64,000 bases of DNA, taken from contig JAPEUI010000010.1 in assembly GCA_026025075.1 (NCBI GenBank), positions 62,001 to 126,000 of the forward strand, given 5' to 3'. The translations under genes were made by a program, and so were the position numbers. This stretch comes from Vezdaea acicularis (Eukaryota). Shown one piece after another: positions 13,317 through 25,973 of the stretch (its first letter is position 1; every line of letters starts with the position of its first letter). Under the pieces are notes generated by a model that saw only the letters and a program-made list of their open reading frames with translations, searched no databases and was not told the origin of the DNA.

Positions 13317-14017
13317 CACTGCATCGTAGTAAGAGACCTTTGCTTCGCCCGTAGCACTCTTGTGCAGACTCTGGGCTCTGCGCCGTTAACTCGTAGCCTT
13401 GCGCAAGTGAATGACGAAAGAAAGGCCGCAAGACTGGAGAGTACGTCAAGGCGTAGCCCTTGTGGAACGGCCAACCCCCTATCTTGCGACGAAAGATGTG
13501 GCCCTCCTCCCGAGGCTGACGGGCTGAGCACGTCTTAGAAACCTTTACTCGAGATCTTCAACAGCCGGATGCAGATTTGATCCAACACATGATACTTAGT
13601 TCCTAAGCCTTCATGGTTGGCGCGATGATTGTAAGCTTTATGCATCTCCTGTAGTATTTACCATTCAGTGCCAGGCCTTCTCGATACAGCACGGCAGGAT
13701 TAAGGCTCGCAAGGACCCCTTAAATGATTCATTGGGTCACGAAACGATTCAATAGCCTCTTGATCAGGGCCGTCACTGCTTCCATATCGGACATGATGTC
13801 GAAACTGTTGCCAAGCCAACACTTTCCGCGTTTGGCGAGCATTTTCTGCTTTGTATTCCCTTCTTTATGAGATGACACCGTTTGCTACTGATGCCAAAAC
13901 GAGACGTCAGCATTGCTTTCTTTTAAACAAGGCACATTACCGCATTTAACGCTTCCGAAGAAAAAGCTCTGACTTGTGGTATCTGCTCTTGAGTCAAACG
14001 CTCACCTATCTCATGAA

Positions 14018-16349
14018 ATGGGCCAGGGAAACATTACTGCACTGAACGCTGAGAAGCCAGAGATTGGCTCTCTTTCAAGAAAGAATGATAGTCAAGACGC
14101 TGAACCCTGGAAGCTACCTCTACTGTCTAAATTGGAGCGAATCTCTAAGATCTGCTGTGTCGGCGCTGGTTATGTTGGTAAGAATACTCTTGCTGCCCAT
14201 CCACGCCTTGTTCTATGGGAACGCCACATGATGGACTTCACTATCATGCCTTTTCAGGAATTAACATGTAGATTTATCTAACATCACTACAAGGAGTTCC
14301 GACGAGTGCTATGATTGCAAGCAAGAATCCACATATCAAAGTCACTGTACTGGACACCGATTATTGGAAAATTAGACGCTGGGCCTCTGATAAGCCCGAG
14401 GATCTTCCCATACATGAGCCTGGCTTATTCAAACTTATCTCTCAAGTGAAAAGCACGGCGCCATTGTGTTACGATCTACCAGTTGAGGATCTTTTAGACC
14501 CGTCGACAGAGACAAGTCATACTCTTAGTGTCAATAATGATAAGGAAAACTTCAACCTCACATATGATGGACCTCTACTGGAGAATCTTTTCAGACCTGT
14601 CCTTCGCAGCCTACAGCTGATGAAGAGCGCTACTCGCAAGGATATACCTGATGATCAAGAACGTGGAATCATTTTAAAGGAAACGTTGATCAGTGTGGGA
14701 ACTCATGTCAGAATGCTCTTGCAAGATGTTGCAGGCCGCAGGGACAGGCAGACTCTGGACGAGAAGTACTGGTACTCGCTTCCCCTTGAATTCTGAGATG
14801 GTAGCAAGCTCATTCTTCAAGGACGTATATCTTTGGCTACTGGCCTAACCAGCGAACGGCTACGCCTAAGGGTATAAAGGATATGTCTTTTCGTCTTGTG
14901 GAACAAGAGAGGCTTGAAGACAGACCTTTAGCAGCAACCAACGGGCACTCGATAGGGACAAATCTCATCTTCACAACTGATGGCAACAGGGCGATTGAGG
15001 AAGCGGACTTGATCTTCATTAGTGTGGATACACCTACGAAACTACATGGAATCGGGCAAGGATTTGATGCCGATCTCACAGCAGTCGAAGCTGTCGCTCG
15101 TCAGATCGCGCAATTTTCAACAAAAAGCAAAATCGTCGTGGAAAAGTCTACGGTTCCCTGTAGAACGGCAGACAAGATTCGAGAAATTGTAGCTTTCTCT
15201 GTAACAGACTTGGGTAGTGCCACAGCTGACATTTCGTAGCTCAGAGCTAACGCTAAACCCGGAGTCGAATTCATCGTCTTATCGAATCCAGAATTTCTCG
15301 TCGAAGGCAACGCTCTCGAGAATCTGCTCGCACCGGACAGGGTTGTCATTGGCTCTCATCTTACTAAAGACGCTTTTCTCGCGGCTGCTAAGCTTGCAAA
15401 CGTCTATGAAGCATGGGTTCCCAAAGAGAAGATCATCACGACAGATCTCTGGTCCTCTGAGCTGTCCAAATTGGTCGCTAACGCTATGCTCGCCCAACGC
15501 ATCTCAAGTATGAACGCGGTAAGCGCCATCTGCGAGAGGGTCGGTGCAGATGTAGACCAAGTCGCAAGAATCGTCGGAACAGACAGCCGCATCGGTGACA
15601 AGATGCTGAAGGCAGGGGTTGGCTTTGGTGGCAGTTGCTTCCAGAAGGACATTCTAAACCTGGTATATCTGAGCCGCAGCCTAAACCTCAACGATGTTGC
15701 GGACTATTGGGAAAGAGTTGTGCACATAAATGAAGCCCAGAAGTCGCGATTCCTCAACCGGATCATCACTCGGCTTAACAATACCCTAAGTAACAAGAAG
15801 ATTGCAGTTCTCGGCTTTGCATTCAAGAAGAACACGGCTGATTCGAGGGCCTCACCGGCGGTTGAAATTGTCAAAGGCCTGGCAAGGGAACACGCCGAAG
15901 TTGAAATTTTCGACCCCGTGGTTCCCGAATCAACAATTAGGGAGGAGATGCGCTTAGTCAACGTCGCCGTCGGCCGATTATTCGTAAAATCTAACGTCAA
16001 AGTCGTCCCGACAGCCTACGAAGCCTGCAAGAACGCCCATGCCATTGTCATACTTACCGACTGGGACGACTTCAGAGTCAAAGAATGCAGCTCTGGCCCG
16101 CATGAAACGCCTCGCCTTGCCTACCGTGACATCCCATTATCCGTCCTTCACCTTGACGACAACCCCACTCAGTCGACAGAGCGATTGCAGGTTCTGGTCG
16201 CGCCAGAGGACGAGAAGGGCCTGGACTGGCAGCGCATCGCAGCGCATATGCACTCCCCCAAATGGGTATTCGACGGCCGCAATTTTCTCGATGCGGGAAA
16301 ACTCGGAGAGATGGGCATTTGTGTTGAGGCCGTGGGGAAGGGCGCGTAG
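14018..16349 (+). CDS. UDP-glucose 6-dehydrogenase with a long internal insertion
   Basis: ICCVGAGYVG, PIHEPGL, FISVDTPT, VEKSTVP, SNPEFLVEG, catalytic GFGGSCFQKD, GFAFKKNT, VFDGRN; inferred introns 14178-14293, 14772-14821 and 15189-15239 give one open frame. Confidence 0.9.
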
Positions 16350-16988
16350 AATGGGCTGGCTTCGTCGCGGCTCTTTATGAGCCCCCTTTGCTCACTCATA
16401 GCTGGCTTTCTGCGGCAGGTTCTTTGGCTGGAATGTAGTTGTAGCTAGCCTGTGATCTCTTCGTTGCTGTTTGCTCGGCCATGTAGGCGGTGGACTCTAG
16501 AGGATTTCAGACGGCACAGGGAAATAGAATCATAATTGCCACTCGTCTCATATTAAGATCACAAACGTCACGCGCACGAACGACGAGAGCCTCAATCAAT
16601 GATCCTACAGTAGCACGTCTGATGCTTGTCCCATCCGTGCGAGAAAGGCAGTCAGCGCTGCCCTCCCTAGACGGAACGAAGTACATCCCGCGCGCCTTAA
16701 GTCTCCGCCTCATGTCACCCCTTTATCCTGATTTTCATCTTCTACAACTGCTCCCGCCTCCCCTACCTCTGGCCCTCTCAAGACCACAGCAACATCAGCC
16801 AGCCTTATCCCATTCAACACAACTATCCCACCTCGTCAAACTCCACGACTAGAGGGGTTCCACAGACAAATGCCCCCACCGAGCTAGCCCCCAGCAATCT
16901 CGGCAACATCACACACAACTCGCCCACCTCCACATCCCACATTCCGAGGGTACATGCAAGAACAAAAACCCACACCCCTTCCACCCAC

Positions 16989-18380
16989 TCATCGCCCCAG
17001 ATTAGTCACCGCACCCAACATAACCGCGACCTCCCTATCCCAGCCCGCGCGGCCCCGATCGTCTTTAACGCCATTGAGTACACACTCTCTAACGCCCTCT
17101 CTGAGCCTCTCGCGCTGAGTCCTAAGAGTCCTGAGCGCGGGACCGCCTCTACTCACCATTTCCTGGACGCGGACGGACAGTGCGGAGGAGAGGGTGCGCC
17201 AGAAATGGCTGGGAAGGGAGGTGGTATCTAGGCTTTGCAGTAAGGGGTGTAGGAGGTTTTCCGTGGGTGATTGAGTGCTGGGGAGGAGCAAGGGGTGGGG
17301 AGACGGTTTTGAGCTGGCGAGGAGGGAGGATAAGGCGACGATGTTGGAGCAGCGCGCGGATACTTCGAGGAGGGTCTTTTCGAGGAGGGGGGGGTTGGCG
17401 AGGGCGCGGGAGAGGGAGGCGAGGGAGGAGGAATGCGCGGTTTGGAGGTAGGCTTGGAGTGCTGTGAGCATCAAGCTGGGGGAAAACGTGGAGGGTGTGG
17501 TGCCGCGGGGGGAGGGGGAGAGGAGGTAGAGTGTTTGCAGGGCGGAGGTCGTGCGGGCTTTGGTCTCGGCAGATTGGGAGAAGGTTTGGGGCGGGCTGAA
17601 GGTGGATGAGTTTGAGGTCGAGGTAGTTGGGGCGGCGGTGTTTGGAGAGGGGGAGGTGGAGAATTCGCGGATGATCTGTTGGGCGCGGGTAACCAGTTTT
17701 CGCTCCGCCGGCTCGGCGAGATCGGCTTTTAGGGTTTGCACGACGTTGACCCTGTCAAGTCCCTCCCCTTCTTCTCCGGCTTTGTTTGCAATAAACAGCT
17801 CTCTTAGCAAAAGCAGGGTAGTCGATGCACGGACCATAGAGCGGTGGTCCTCTCCTTTGCCTGCCGCTGCAGCTGTTGTGGCGGCTCCCATTGTGGTGTT
17901 GGTGGTCGTCGTTGTCCCACTGCTTTGCAGCTCTCCCATCTGCACCTCCAGCTGCTTTCCCAGAGTCAAGCACCTCTGCACACTTCTACCTAGTCTGACT
18001 GTGCTCCAAAGCCTCTCAGCCGCAACCTTCGTCTCCATCGCGCGCTGATACCTCTCCAGTATCTCTTTCTCCAGCCTTGCATAGCCCTCTGTCAGCCCCT
18101 TGACGCCCTTCTCCACCTCCTCCAATATCCGCCCGCTCGCCTCCACATTGTCTCTGGTGTAGGAAAGTAGCGGTAGGGCGGCTTTGGTGGTTAGGGTATC
18201 GATGTGGGTGTCTATCTCCTGGACATCAAAGAGAACCCGGGAAAGTGGTGTGGAGAGGTCAAGTGGGGTGTCTGAGGGGTTGTTGGTGCTCAGAATGAGA
18301 GTATTGGCGAATTGGTGGGGGGAGAAGGTCGGGGACAGGAAAGCATCATAGTCGATGTACGACGGCTCCTCTTCCGTCAT
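16989..18380 (-). CDS. COG5: Conserved oligomeric Golgi complex subunit 5
   Basis: Intronless 463 aa; N-terminus SYIDYDAFLSPTFSP..FANTLIL.TNNPSDTPLDLSTPLSRVLFDVQEID as in fungal Cog5. Confidence 0.88.
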   Translation of the reverse strand: MTEEEPSYIDYDAFLSPTFSPHQFANTLILSTNNPSDTPLDLSTPLSRVLFDVQEIDTHIDTLTTKAALPLLSYTRDNVEASGRILEEVEKGVKGLTEGYARLEKEILERYQRAMETKVAAERLWSTVRLGRSVQRCLTLGKQLEVQMGELQSSGTTTTTNTTMGAATTAAAAGKGEDHRSMVRASTTLLLLRELFIANKAGEEGEGLDRVNVVQTLKADLAEPAERKLVTRAQQIIREFSTSPSPNTAAPTTSTSNSSTFSPPQTFSQSAETKARTTSALQTLYLLSPSPRGTTPSTFSPSLMLTALQAYLQTAHSSSLASLSRALANPPLLEKTLLEVSARCSNIVALSSLLASSKPSPHPLLLPSTQSPTENLLHPLLQSLDTTSLPSHFWRTLSSALSVRVQEMVSRGGPALRTLRTQRERLREGVRECVLNGVKDDRGRAGWDREVAVMLGAVTNLGR

Positions 18381-18698
18381 TGCGGGGGTCGTGGAGAAAT
18401 GCGGCTCTGCTCAAAGATGGGCAGTTGCGGCTGAGAACTTTGGGCGGTGTGGCCGGGGAATTCGGAAGTTCCCGCTAGCACGATGCGACGTGAAAGGGTG
18501 GGTCGAAGTGCCGTAGCGCGCTACGGGGGCCGAAACTACGGTGATGCTTCGATCTTTTGGAGCTTGAAGCACTACATCTCATCATTCGAAGCTTCCATAC
18601 TGTTGTCCCACCAGTCATCCGAGCGCTATCTTCTCCACAACTTGAATAATACCTCGCAACGCCTGTGATAGGCTCTCAGAGTTCCTCTCACCCACCCA

Positions 18699-19215
18699 AT
18701 GGGTTTCTTCTCCTCTTCTCCCAAACCAAAGACCTCCGCGGATGGCATGCCCGAAGCCCCGGACCGCACGCAGCGCGCTCAGTGCTGGAAAGCGCGTGAC
18801 GCCTTCTTCGCCTGCCTGGACACGCACGGCATCATCGACAGCATCGAGCACAGCAAAGAGGCGGCCCGCGATTGCGGGAGCGATTTGAAGGCGTTTGAGA
18901 GCAACTGTGCGAGTAGTTGGGTGAGTCCGGCTTTAGGTTTTCTGCATAGGGCTTTTATGCACGGGATGAGAGACTCCAGCCGGGGCGAGAGGGGGGTTGG
19001 ATGAGAGTCTAGATCTTTGGGGATATGAAGAAAGGGGAAGGTCCTTGAAGTCTTGGGGATTGATGCTAATGGACAAGTTTCAACAGGTCGTATACTTCAA
19101 GAAACGGCGGGTGATGGAGCACAAGCGTGCAGAAACACTAGCCCAGCTAGCCCGTGAAGGCGCGCAGCAGATTCCCGGTCAGATTGAGGGAGGGGCAGGG
19201 AGTCCGTCGAGGTGA
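18699..19215 (+). CDS. COA6: Cytochrome c oxidase assembly factor Coa6 (COX6B-like CX9C-CX10C protein)
   Basis: PDRTQRAQCWKARDAFFACLD...DC...FESNCASSW|VVYFKKRR; intron 18921-19086. Confidence 0.85.
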
Positions 19216-20900
19216 TTTGGGCGACGGTAGCATCTCCGCATCGGCGTTAGGGGGCTGGGTTTCTCGAGGCATCTGTTCATCCCTCTCTGTACATGTACGC
19301 GAGCATATAGAAGGCATCTGTACTGTACGACACGCACATGCAATGGCACAGACTACAGACTGACCGCATGGAAAGCGTTGGCACCAGTGCTCCTACATGC
19401 CGCCGTGACGGCGCTCCCGATTCGTCACCTGACGCGATGCATCGCCGACGGATCTCGGCAATCTTGGATGGCCGCATGACGACAAGACCGACCCAAGATC
19501 CGCGAACGTCTGGGTCTGTGCGAGCATCCGGATAAGGTTCGTGTGGAGGCGGGTGAAGCCTCATGGAACGATTCGTCGCCAAAACCCGCGTTAGTAATCC
19601 TGCCGGTCTTGCGGCACGGCGGATTATATAGCCCTCTGATTATCTGGACGATCCAGCTTGGTCGTGGATGGAGGATGGTGCCAGAATCGTAGTGTATGTA
19701 TGGTGATTAGAAAGGGCGTGCCCAAAGAAAACATCGGATTGCTTCGGCTGCCCTGAAGAGGTTCATGAGGGCGCCACCAAAACAGCCGTTGATCACCCGG
19801 CCGGCGGTCGATCACGGCACAGTCTCCATGCCGTGCATATCACACACGCGATTTGCGCGGCCGCAAAATGTCCCTTTCGGCCCTGCTCATCAGGCAGCTC
19901 ATACAGCTCGTTCCGTGGCCCTAGTGGACGCCTCCTCTCGCACGGGAGGAAGCCCCGCATTGCAGTGCATCGAATGGCTGATGAGTCTGCATTAGACGCG
20001 GAGTAAGGCGTTCAAGTGGACTGCTGCACATGAATCTGTTCAGTGACCGCACACTTTCTGAGTCATTGAGCGTGGCTTCTGCAAACATCATGAATCTGGC
20101 GCTTGAGGTTCAGCCTGGGGCCCGACTCAGGGTCTGGAGTCGTGATATAATCTTCAGAGTAAAAGCCGGAACTTCTCGCTCGATCAAGAGTCCTCTCGAC
20201 GCCACTCTGGCCTCCCAGCAGCCACTCCTTCCCATAACAGCTGGGTAAGAAAGAATGGCGGAGTCTGACCGATTCGAAAATATCCCGATCGTGATGAGCA
20301 GATCGTGAACCGCATAATCGTAGCACTGTCGACCTAAGCCGTGCATGAGAGTTTAATATTTCCCGGAGGCAGGGTGGTAATTGACTTTCCTCGTGATCCG
20401 GACACGACCGCTCGGCTCGGTGGCACGGGGATCGGATCGGAGACAGACCCGGGTCAGATTTGATGTCTGAGTCCCGGGTTACTGGTTTGGGAAGCGGCCC
20501 CCGAGACCAAGGCCTAGATCGACTCGAAATAATTGAGCGCCAACATTGTCAATTTTCACAGGCAAAATACCCATTTTCAAGATCATTTTCAATGGCGTTC
20601 TAGGGATCAACCCCCTGAAAATTCGTGCATGCTTGAATTTGAGATTGTCAACTATCGTGAATTCTGATCGTAGCCGTGTGGCCCCATACAGTGTATCTAC
20701 TCTCTATGAAACATGATGGATGGGAGCGGGCAAAGCTCTCGCTGTTGAGAATCCGTCTCATGTAAAACTGTCTTAGAAAATTTGAAAGGTTGGGGGGTAT
20801 GTGCGTGCTTCTGACCTTCCATAGACTGGCTGAAAGAGCCGCATCTCATAATGCGCCTTTTCACCATGAATGAATTGCTCTCTATGCCCTTGACTCCAGT

Positions 20901-21859
20901 TCAGATAGATGCCGCTTTAAAGATGTTGGACGGATCGAACTCGCGCTGAAAGACCTCAAAGTCAGTGAGACCACCTGCGGCTCCACTCGTCTGGCTCTTG
21001 TCGATTGCAAAAACAACATTCGTAAACACACGGTCGAACTCTAACTCGGAGAATAAGATTTCCCTCCACATGGATGCCACTTCGGCGACGGGGTTCCTGA
21101 ACCCCACGCCAAAGGCTCCGAGACAGAGGTCTTTATGACCCCATCTGATGGCGATTCGAAGGACAGTGCGCATCTTCTCTTTCATCAAGTTTTTCTCCTC
21201 TTGGAAGGAGTACCGTTGCCCTGAATCATCCAGCTTCGGCCTGCGCACTGGTGCTACGGAAATGACTGGCAGATACCTGAACTCTCTCCACACTTGATAG
21301 AAGTCCGGTCCTGATCGAAAGACAACTGCGGGACCGTATGAGAACACACCGAGCACGAGCGAGCGTAACAACGTAAAAAGAACATACCAACGTTCGGAGA
21401 GTAGAGACCCCCGGTCTGAGGAAGCGGATAATGCGGAGCATCATACCTCTCATCCCACGGCCTCGTAAGAGCGGATACGAGATTGCTACGGCGGCAGAAA
21501 CATTCCTCGGGCGCCATCAGTCCTGACTCCCAGTCGCCCCCTGCTCTTTTCTCGTTGGCCATGTTGACAACGGGGATTCGAGGGCACTCTGCTTCCGGCG
21601 CTCCAGCAAAGGCACTCGGCGGGGCATTGAGCTTGTTCGCCTCATACCAGTCCAGTGCGACATCAACGGGGTCCCCATCGATGATGGCTACCCGCAAGCG
21701 CTTTTGCACGCCGGAGTTTGGAGGAACTCGAAGGGAAGTGGACTCGTTGTGGAGGAAAGATCTAGCCACAAGATGAGGGTAATTCTGTTCAATCCAGGGC
21801 AGGTACGTCCTCTTCGCTTCAGCAGCAACTTCTGAAGGCCTTGGCTTTGGTGGCGGCAT
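20901..21859 (-). CDS. DUF2263/TIGR02452 microbial-type PARG (macrodomain) family protein
   Basis: VVNMANEKRAGGDWESGLMAPEECFCRRSNL, GLYSPNV|VVFRSG, VISVAP, LCLGAFGVGFRNP; one intron at about 21326-21387. Start codon uncertain. Confidence 0.75.
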
Positions 21860-23923
21860 TGACGATGGCAAATTCCCGTGATGCTTCAAATGACTCTGAT
21901 CAACAGAAACTATGGTCTTGTAGGCGGACGATGTGATAGAACAGTTCTAACTCGCACCAGTAAAGGAAGTCCAAGTAAGCTACCCATGTGGAGTAGCCAG
22001 ATGGGGGACGAGAAATCATATAGCGTTGATTCTGCAAAGCTACGACGAAGAAATTAGAATACGGCGGGAGAGAGTCTCCTTTCCGTGCATGCCAACTAGG
22101 GCGCAGCGACGAGAGTGTAGGAAAGGACAATTAGACCGAGATGCGTTGAGGCGTATCCACCAAGCGGCCAAAGGCAGGAATTTGCCTGGTCCGATCCGTC
22201 CCCAATGCCGAAGGCCGTGCCCGTGTTCCTTCCGACAGCACGGGCATCGACCCTCACAGTTCACTGTAGTAGAGCATGATTAGTGACGTTACTAGCGGCC
22301 ATCAGACTTCTCGGGCTGGATTAGTTGCGAATTCGGGCGAAAGGCCTCCCCGAAAGAGGTGAGGGAGGTCACAAGCTATTTGCCCCACGACAGGATATCC
22401 GGACGTAAGTGGAGCGGATCTCCGAATGAGGAGATGTTTGTCTGGGGCCAGTTCTCCCGTCTAAGGGCAATGAAGCATTGGTGCGGGGCCAAACCACCGT
22501 GGTGGTAACGGCTGTAGAAGTAAGAGCTTCAGCGGTTTGAAATTGAAGGGCTGCTTTTCGTATATCGTACATCTGCGCTGCCCGGGGGGGGGGGAGGGGG
22601 GTAGAGGTGGAGGGACCTAGTCGAGCTCAAGTCGCACCAGTGGCACGAACATCCCTTAGGCGAATGGCATCAAGCCAAGCGATCGATCGATCGGAGAGTG
22701 CATAATCTATTCGATGGGATTTTCGCCAGGATTATCAGCACACCACTGCTGACAAGCTCCGGCGCAATCCTGCGGCGGCGCACTTGGCTGTTTGGGGCCT
22801 AGCGGTAGGGCTCGGATATGAAGGGGTCTGCGCCAATGGGGCGACGCTTGGCCTGCTCCAGTATAGGACTTTGATATATGACGGGGCTAGCCAATCGTCT
22901 CCCGTCGGGGCATGCCGGTGATGTGCTGATGTTGCACATTTCTGAGATTCGGCCAATGGACGGAGCCTTCCCACCGACCGGATGGTGAAAGTCTCGACGA
23001 CGTCCCTCTCTCCGCTCCGCCAGGATGGGACTCTCTGAACAGGCGGCAATGGCCCTCAGATGCGTGCCGTAAGCGACATGGTTGAAAGGGTGATAGCGTC
23101 GATGCACACGGCTGCTTGCGGTGCCGCCGAAGCAGCGTGACCATCGAAGCATCAACCTTCATGGAGAGGCCGTTCCGCCTCTGCTGCTGCTGCTGCTGCT
23201 TTGCTCCACGAGCGGAAAAGGCGTCTCTCTCCCTGTTCTGTGCGGGTGGCTTGTCCTCGCGGCTGGGGTCTACGAAGACCACAAAGTGGCCGAGGCGCGG
23301 ACGAGGCGCGGATATCAGACGACCCGGGACAGTCTCTGCTGTGCTCCGTTGATTGCATGATCTTACAAGAGAATGTGACGTCGTGGCTAGGGGGTGCCAT
23401 CGACAGATCTGCTGCGTGTTTCCGAATCGTGAGCGCGAGTTGCGTCCTCAAATGCACCGTTCTACGGACATATACACCGTGTTACAGGTCTGCTGCGCGC
23501 AGGAGACCGAGGGAGATTGGTGGGGAGTGGACGGATGCATTCCTCTAACGGGGGGTTACCGATGCTCTGGGACGAGCTATGCCATGCACCAGCCAGCACG
23601 CCTATCACATCTCCTACAACAACAAGCCATATCAAATCGAGCGAGCTGAGGCGTCTGCAGCGCGTCCTCGGCGCGGCTGGAGAGTGCGCACACGCAGCTC
23701 GATTTCGTTTGTTGCAGTGTCCGTGCGCTACGCCTGTCGTGCCTGGTAAGCCTCACCGACGTCTTCCCGATGTTCGATTCATGTAACGCAGATCACCCGG
23801 TCGTGATAGGTCACTGACCTGGATGACTAAGCGTTCTAGAACGGGTGAAACGACGGAAGCCGCATCTCGCTAAAAGGGCCCTGAGCATGACTACGGCTTC
23901 AATCTCTACACCAGTCACCGGTC

Positions 23924-25795
23924 ATGATACGTCGTCATGTTGCTATACCACGACTAGGAGCTCGAGCGAGCCGTAATGCTTGGAATGTTTTACCCTGGAG
24001 GCGGTCTTATATCCCGTTGCTCGAAAGGCCGTCTATTGCCCAGCTCCTCAAGTCGTTCGACGGAGGCTTGACGGAAGCTCAGAGGAAGCGCATTCCCGTG
24101 AATGGCTTCGTGAGAACGGTCAGGAAGCATAAGAATGTTACGTTCGTGACGATTGGCGACGGTTCGAGTGCCGAGTCGATCCAGGTGGTGTGCCAGCCAT
24201 GGCAAGTCGAGGGGTGAGTCGATTTGAAGCTTGTTGCAGACGCTCGTGATGGCTGTCGTCTTGCAAGATGGTGCCGTTAATTGCCCACAAGTCTGATTTC
24301 TGACCTTTTCTTCCGGCAGGATAACGACGGGCACCGCCGTGCTGTTCGAAGGAGAGCTCAAGGCTGCGCCTCCGGGAAAACAGCAGAGCCATGAAATCGT
24401 CGCACACGGAGTGTCACGATTGGATGACGCCGATCAAGAAGTACGTACAAACGAATTTCAGGCAATGGACCATATCTAAGCTCTCATATCATCTAGTCGT
24501 ATCCGCTGCAGAACAAGTACCACAGCCCCGAGTTTCTCCGCACAATCCCCCATCTGCGCTCCCGCAACCAGCTCAACTCCTCGCTCCTCCGCCTCCGCTC
24601 GAAGAGTATCTCTGCCTTGACCCAGTTCTTCGACAAGCACGAATTCATCCAATCGCACCCGCCAGTCATCACCTCGTCAGACTGCGAAGGCGCCGGCGAA
24701 GTCTTTACCGTCTCCGCCGGTGCACCAAAAGGGACGGCAGTGGCGGCGGCAGCAGCAGCAAACCCCAACGCGCCTCAATCGGAAGCAAAGGGCCCCCATG
24801 AGCCCCAAACAGATGACAAGTCAAAGAACAAGCCCACCGCCAACTCAGACGTCAAGGACGAACCGGAGCATTTCTTCAAGGACCCCAAATACCTCACCGT
24901 CTCGTCCCAACTGCACCTCGAATCCCTCGCCCAAGCCCTCTCCCGCGTCTGGTGCCTCTCCCCCACCTTCCGCGCCGAACGCAGCGACACCGCCCGGCAC
25001 CTCTCCGAATTCCACATGCTCGAAGTCGAAATCGCCTTCCTCCCCAAACTCGGCGATCTGATGCTCTTCCTCAAACTCCTCATCCAAGACCTGGTCACCT
25101 CTCTCGGCGACCCCACCCTCTCCGAACTCTGCTCTCTCCAGCGCTACCACGACGGCGAAGCCGGCGCCGGCGGCGGCGCCCCCATCCCCATCCACACCAC
25201 CACCGAGCTCCTCACCGAGCGCTGGCGCGGCCTGCAATCCCCGCACTGGCCCATGCTCTCCTACGCCTCCGCCCTCTCCATCCTCTCCACCGCCTCCACC
25301 CACTTCTCAACCCCAGCAACCTGGACCTCCGGCCTCTCCACAGAACACGAACGCTACCTCGCCACCCACATCGGCCGCGGCGCCCCCGTCTTCATAACGC
25401 ACTACCCCCTCCCCCAAAAACCTTTCTACATGCTTCCCTCCCCGCGCAGCTCCCTCGACCAGGCCCGCAAGAGTCGCGAGACGGTAGAGTGTTTCGATCT
25501 GCTTCTCCCGGATCTCTGTGAAGTTGCGGGCGGCAGTTTGCGTGAGCACCGGCTTGCGCCGCTTCTTGGGGCGATGCGGCGGCGGGGCTTGGTCGTCTCG
25601 CCGGATGGGCAGCAGGGGGGGAGGGAGGTGGTTAGGGGGGGGTTGGAGTGGTATGTGGACTTGCGCAGGTGGGGCAGCGTGCCGCATGGGGGCTTTGGGA
25701 TCGGGTTTGATCGTCTCCTGGCGTATCTCGCCGGCGTCAGGAATGTGAGGGATGTGGTTGCGTTTCCGAGGTGGGCGGGGAGTTGTGTTTGTTGA
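23924..25795 (+). CDS. SLM5: Mitochondrial asparaginyl-tRNA synthetase
   Basis: Arg-rich presequence, OB fold (GFVRTVRKHK..F.TIGDGSS), YPLQNKYHSPEFLR, SSDCEGAGEVF, YLTVSSQLHLE, FRAERS.T.RHLSEF, motif 3 PHGGFGIGFDR; 2 introns. Confidence 0.93.
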
Positions 25796-25973
25796 GGAGG
25801 AATTCTGGAAAAGGGGGGGGGGGAGAGGTGGTGGAGAACGTGGGGGGGGACTCGTTTTTCGGGATGGAAGAGCGTACGTAGAGGTAATGGGAGGGGGTTA
25901 GATGTAATGAATATATTCTCGCACACGCTACTCCTCTACAACATTCCCACTCTTGTCTTCTGAGCTAACGCAT

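Noticed and set aside
14794..14796. Apparent premature stop making UGD a pseudogene
   Set aside because: It is removed by a plausible 50-nt intron (14772-14821) that restores the frame.
19978..20003. Hammerhead-like CTGATGA followed by the stem GTCT/AGAC
   Set aside because: The stem is followed by GCGG, not the essential GAAA, and no stems I/III were found.
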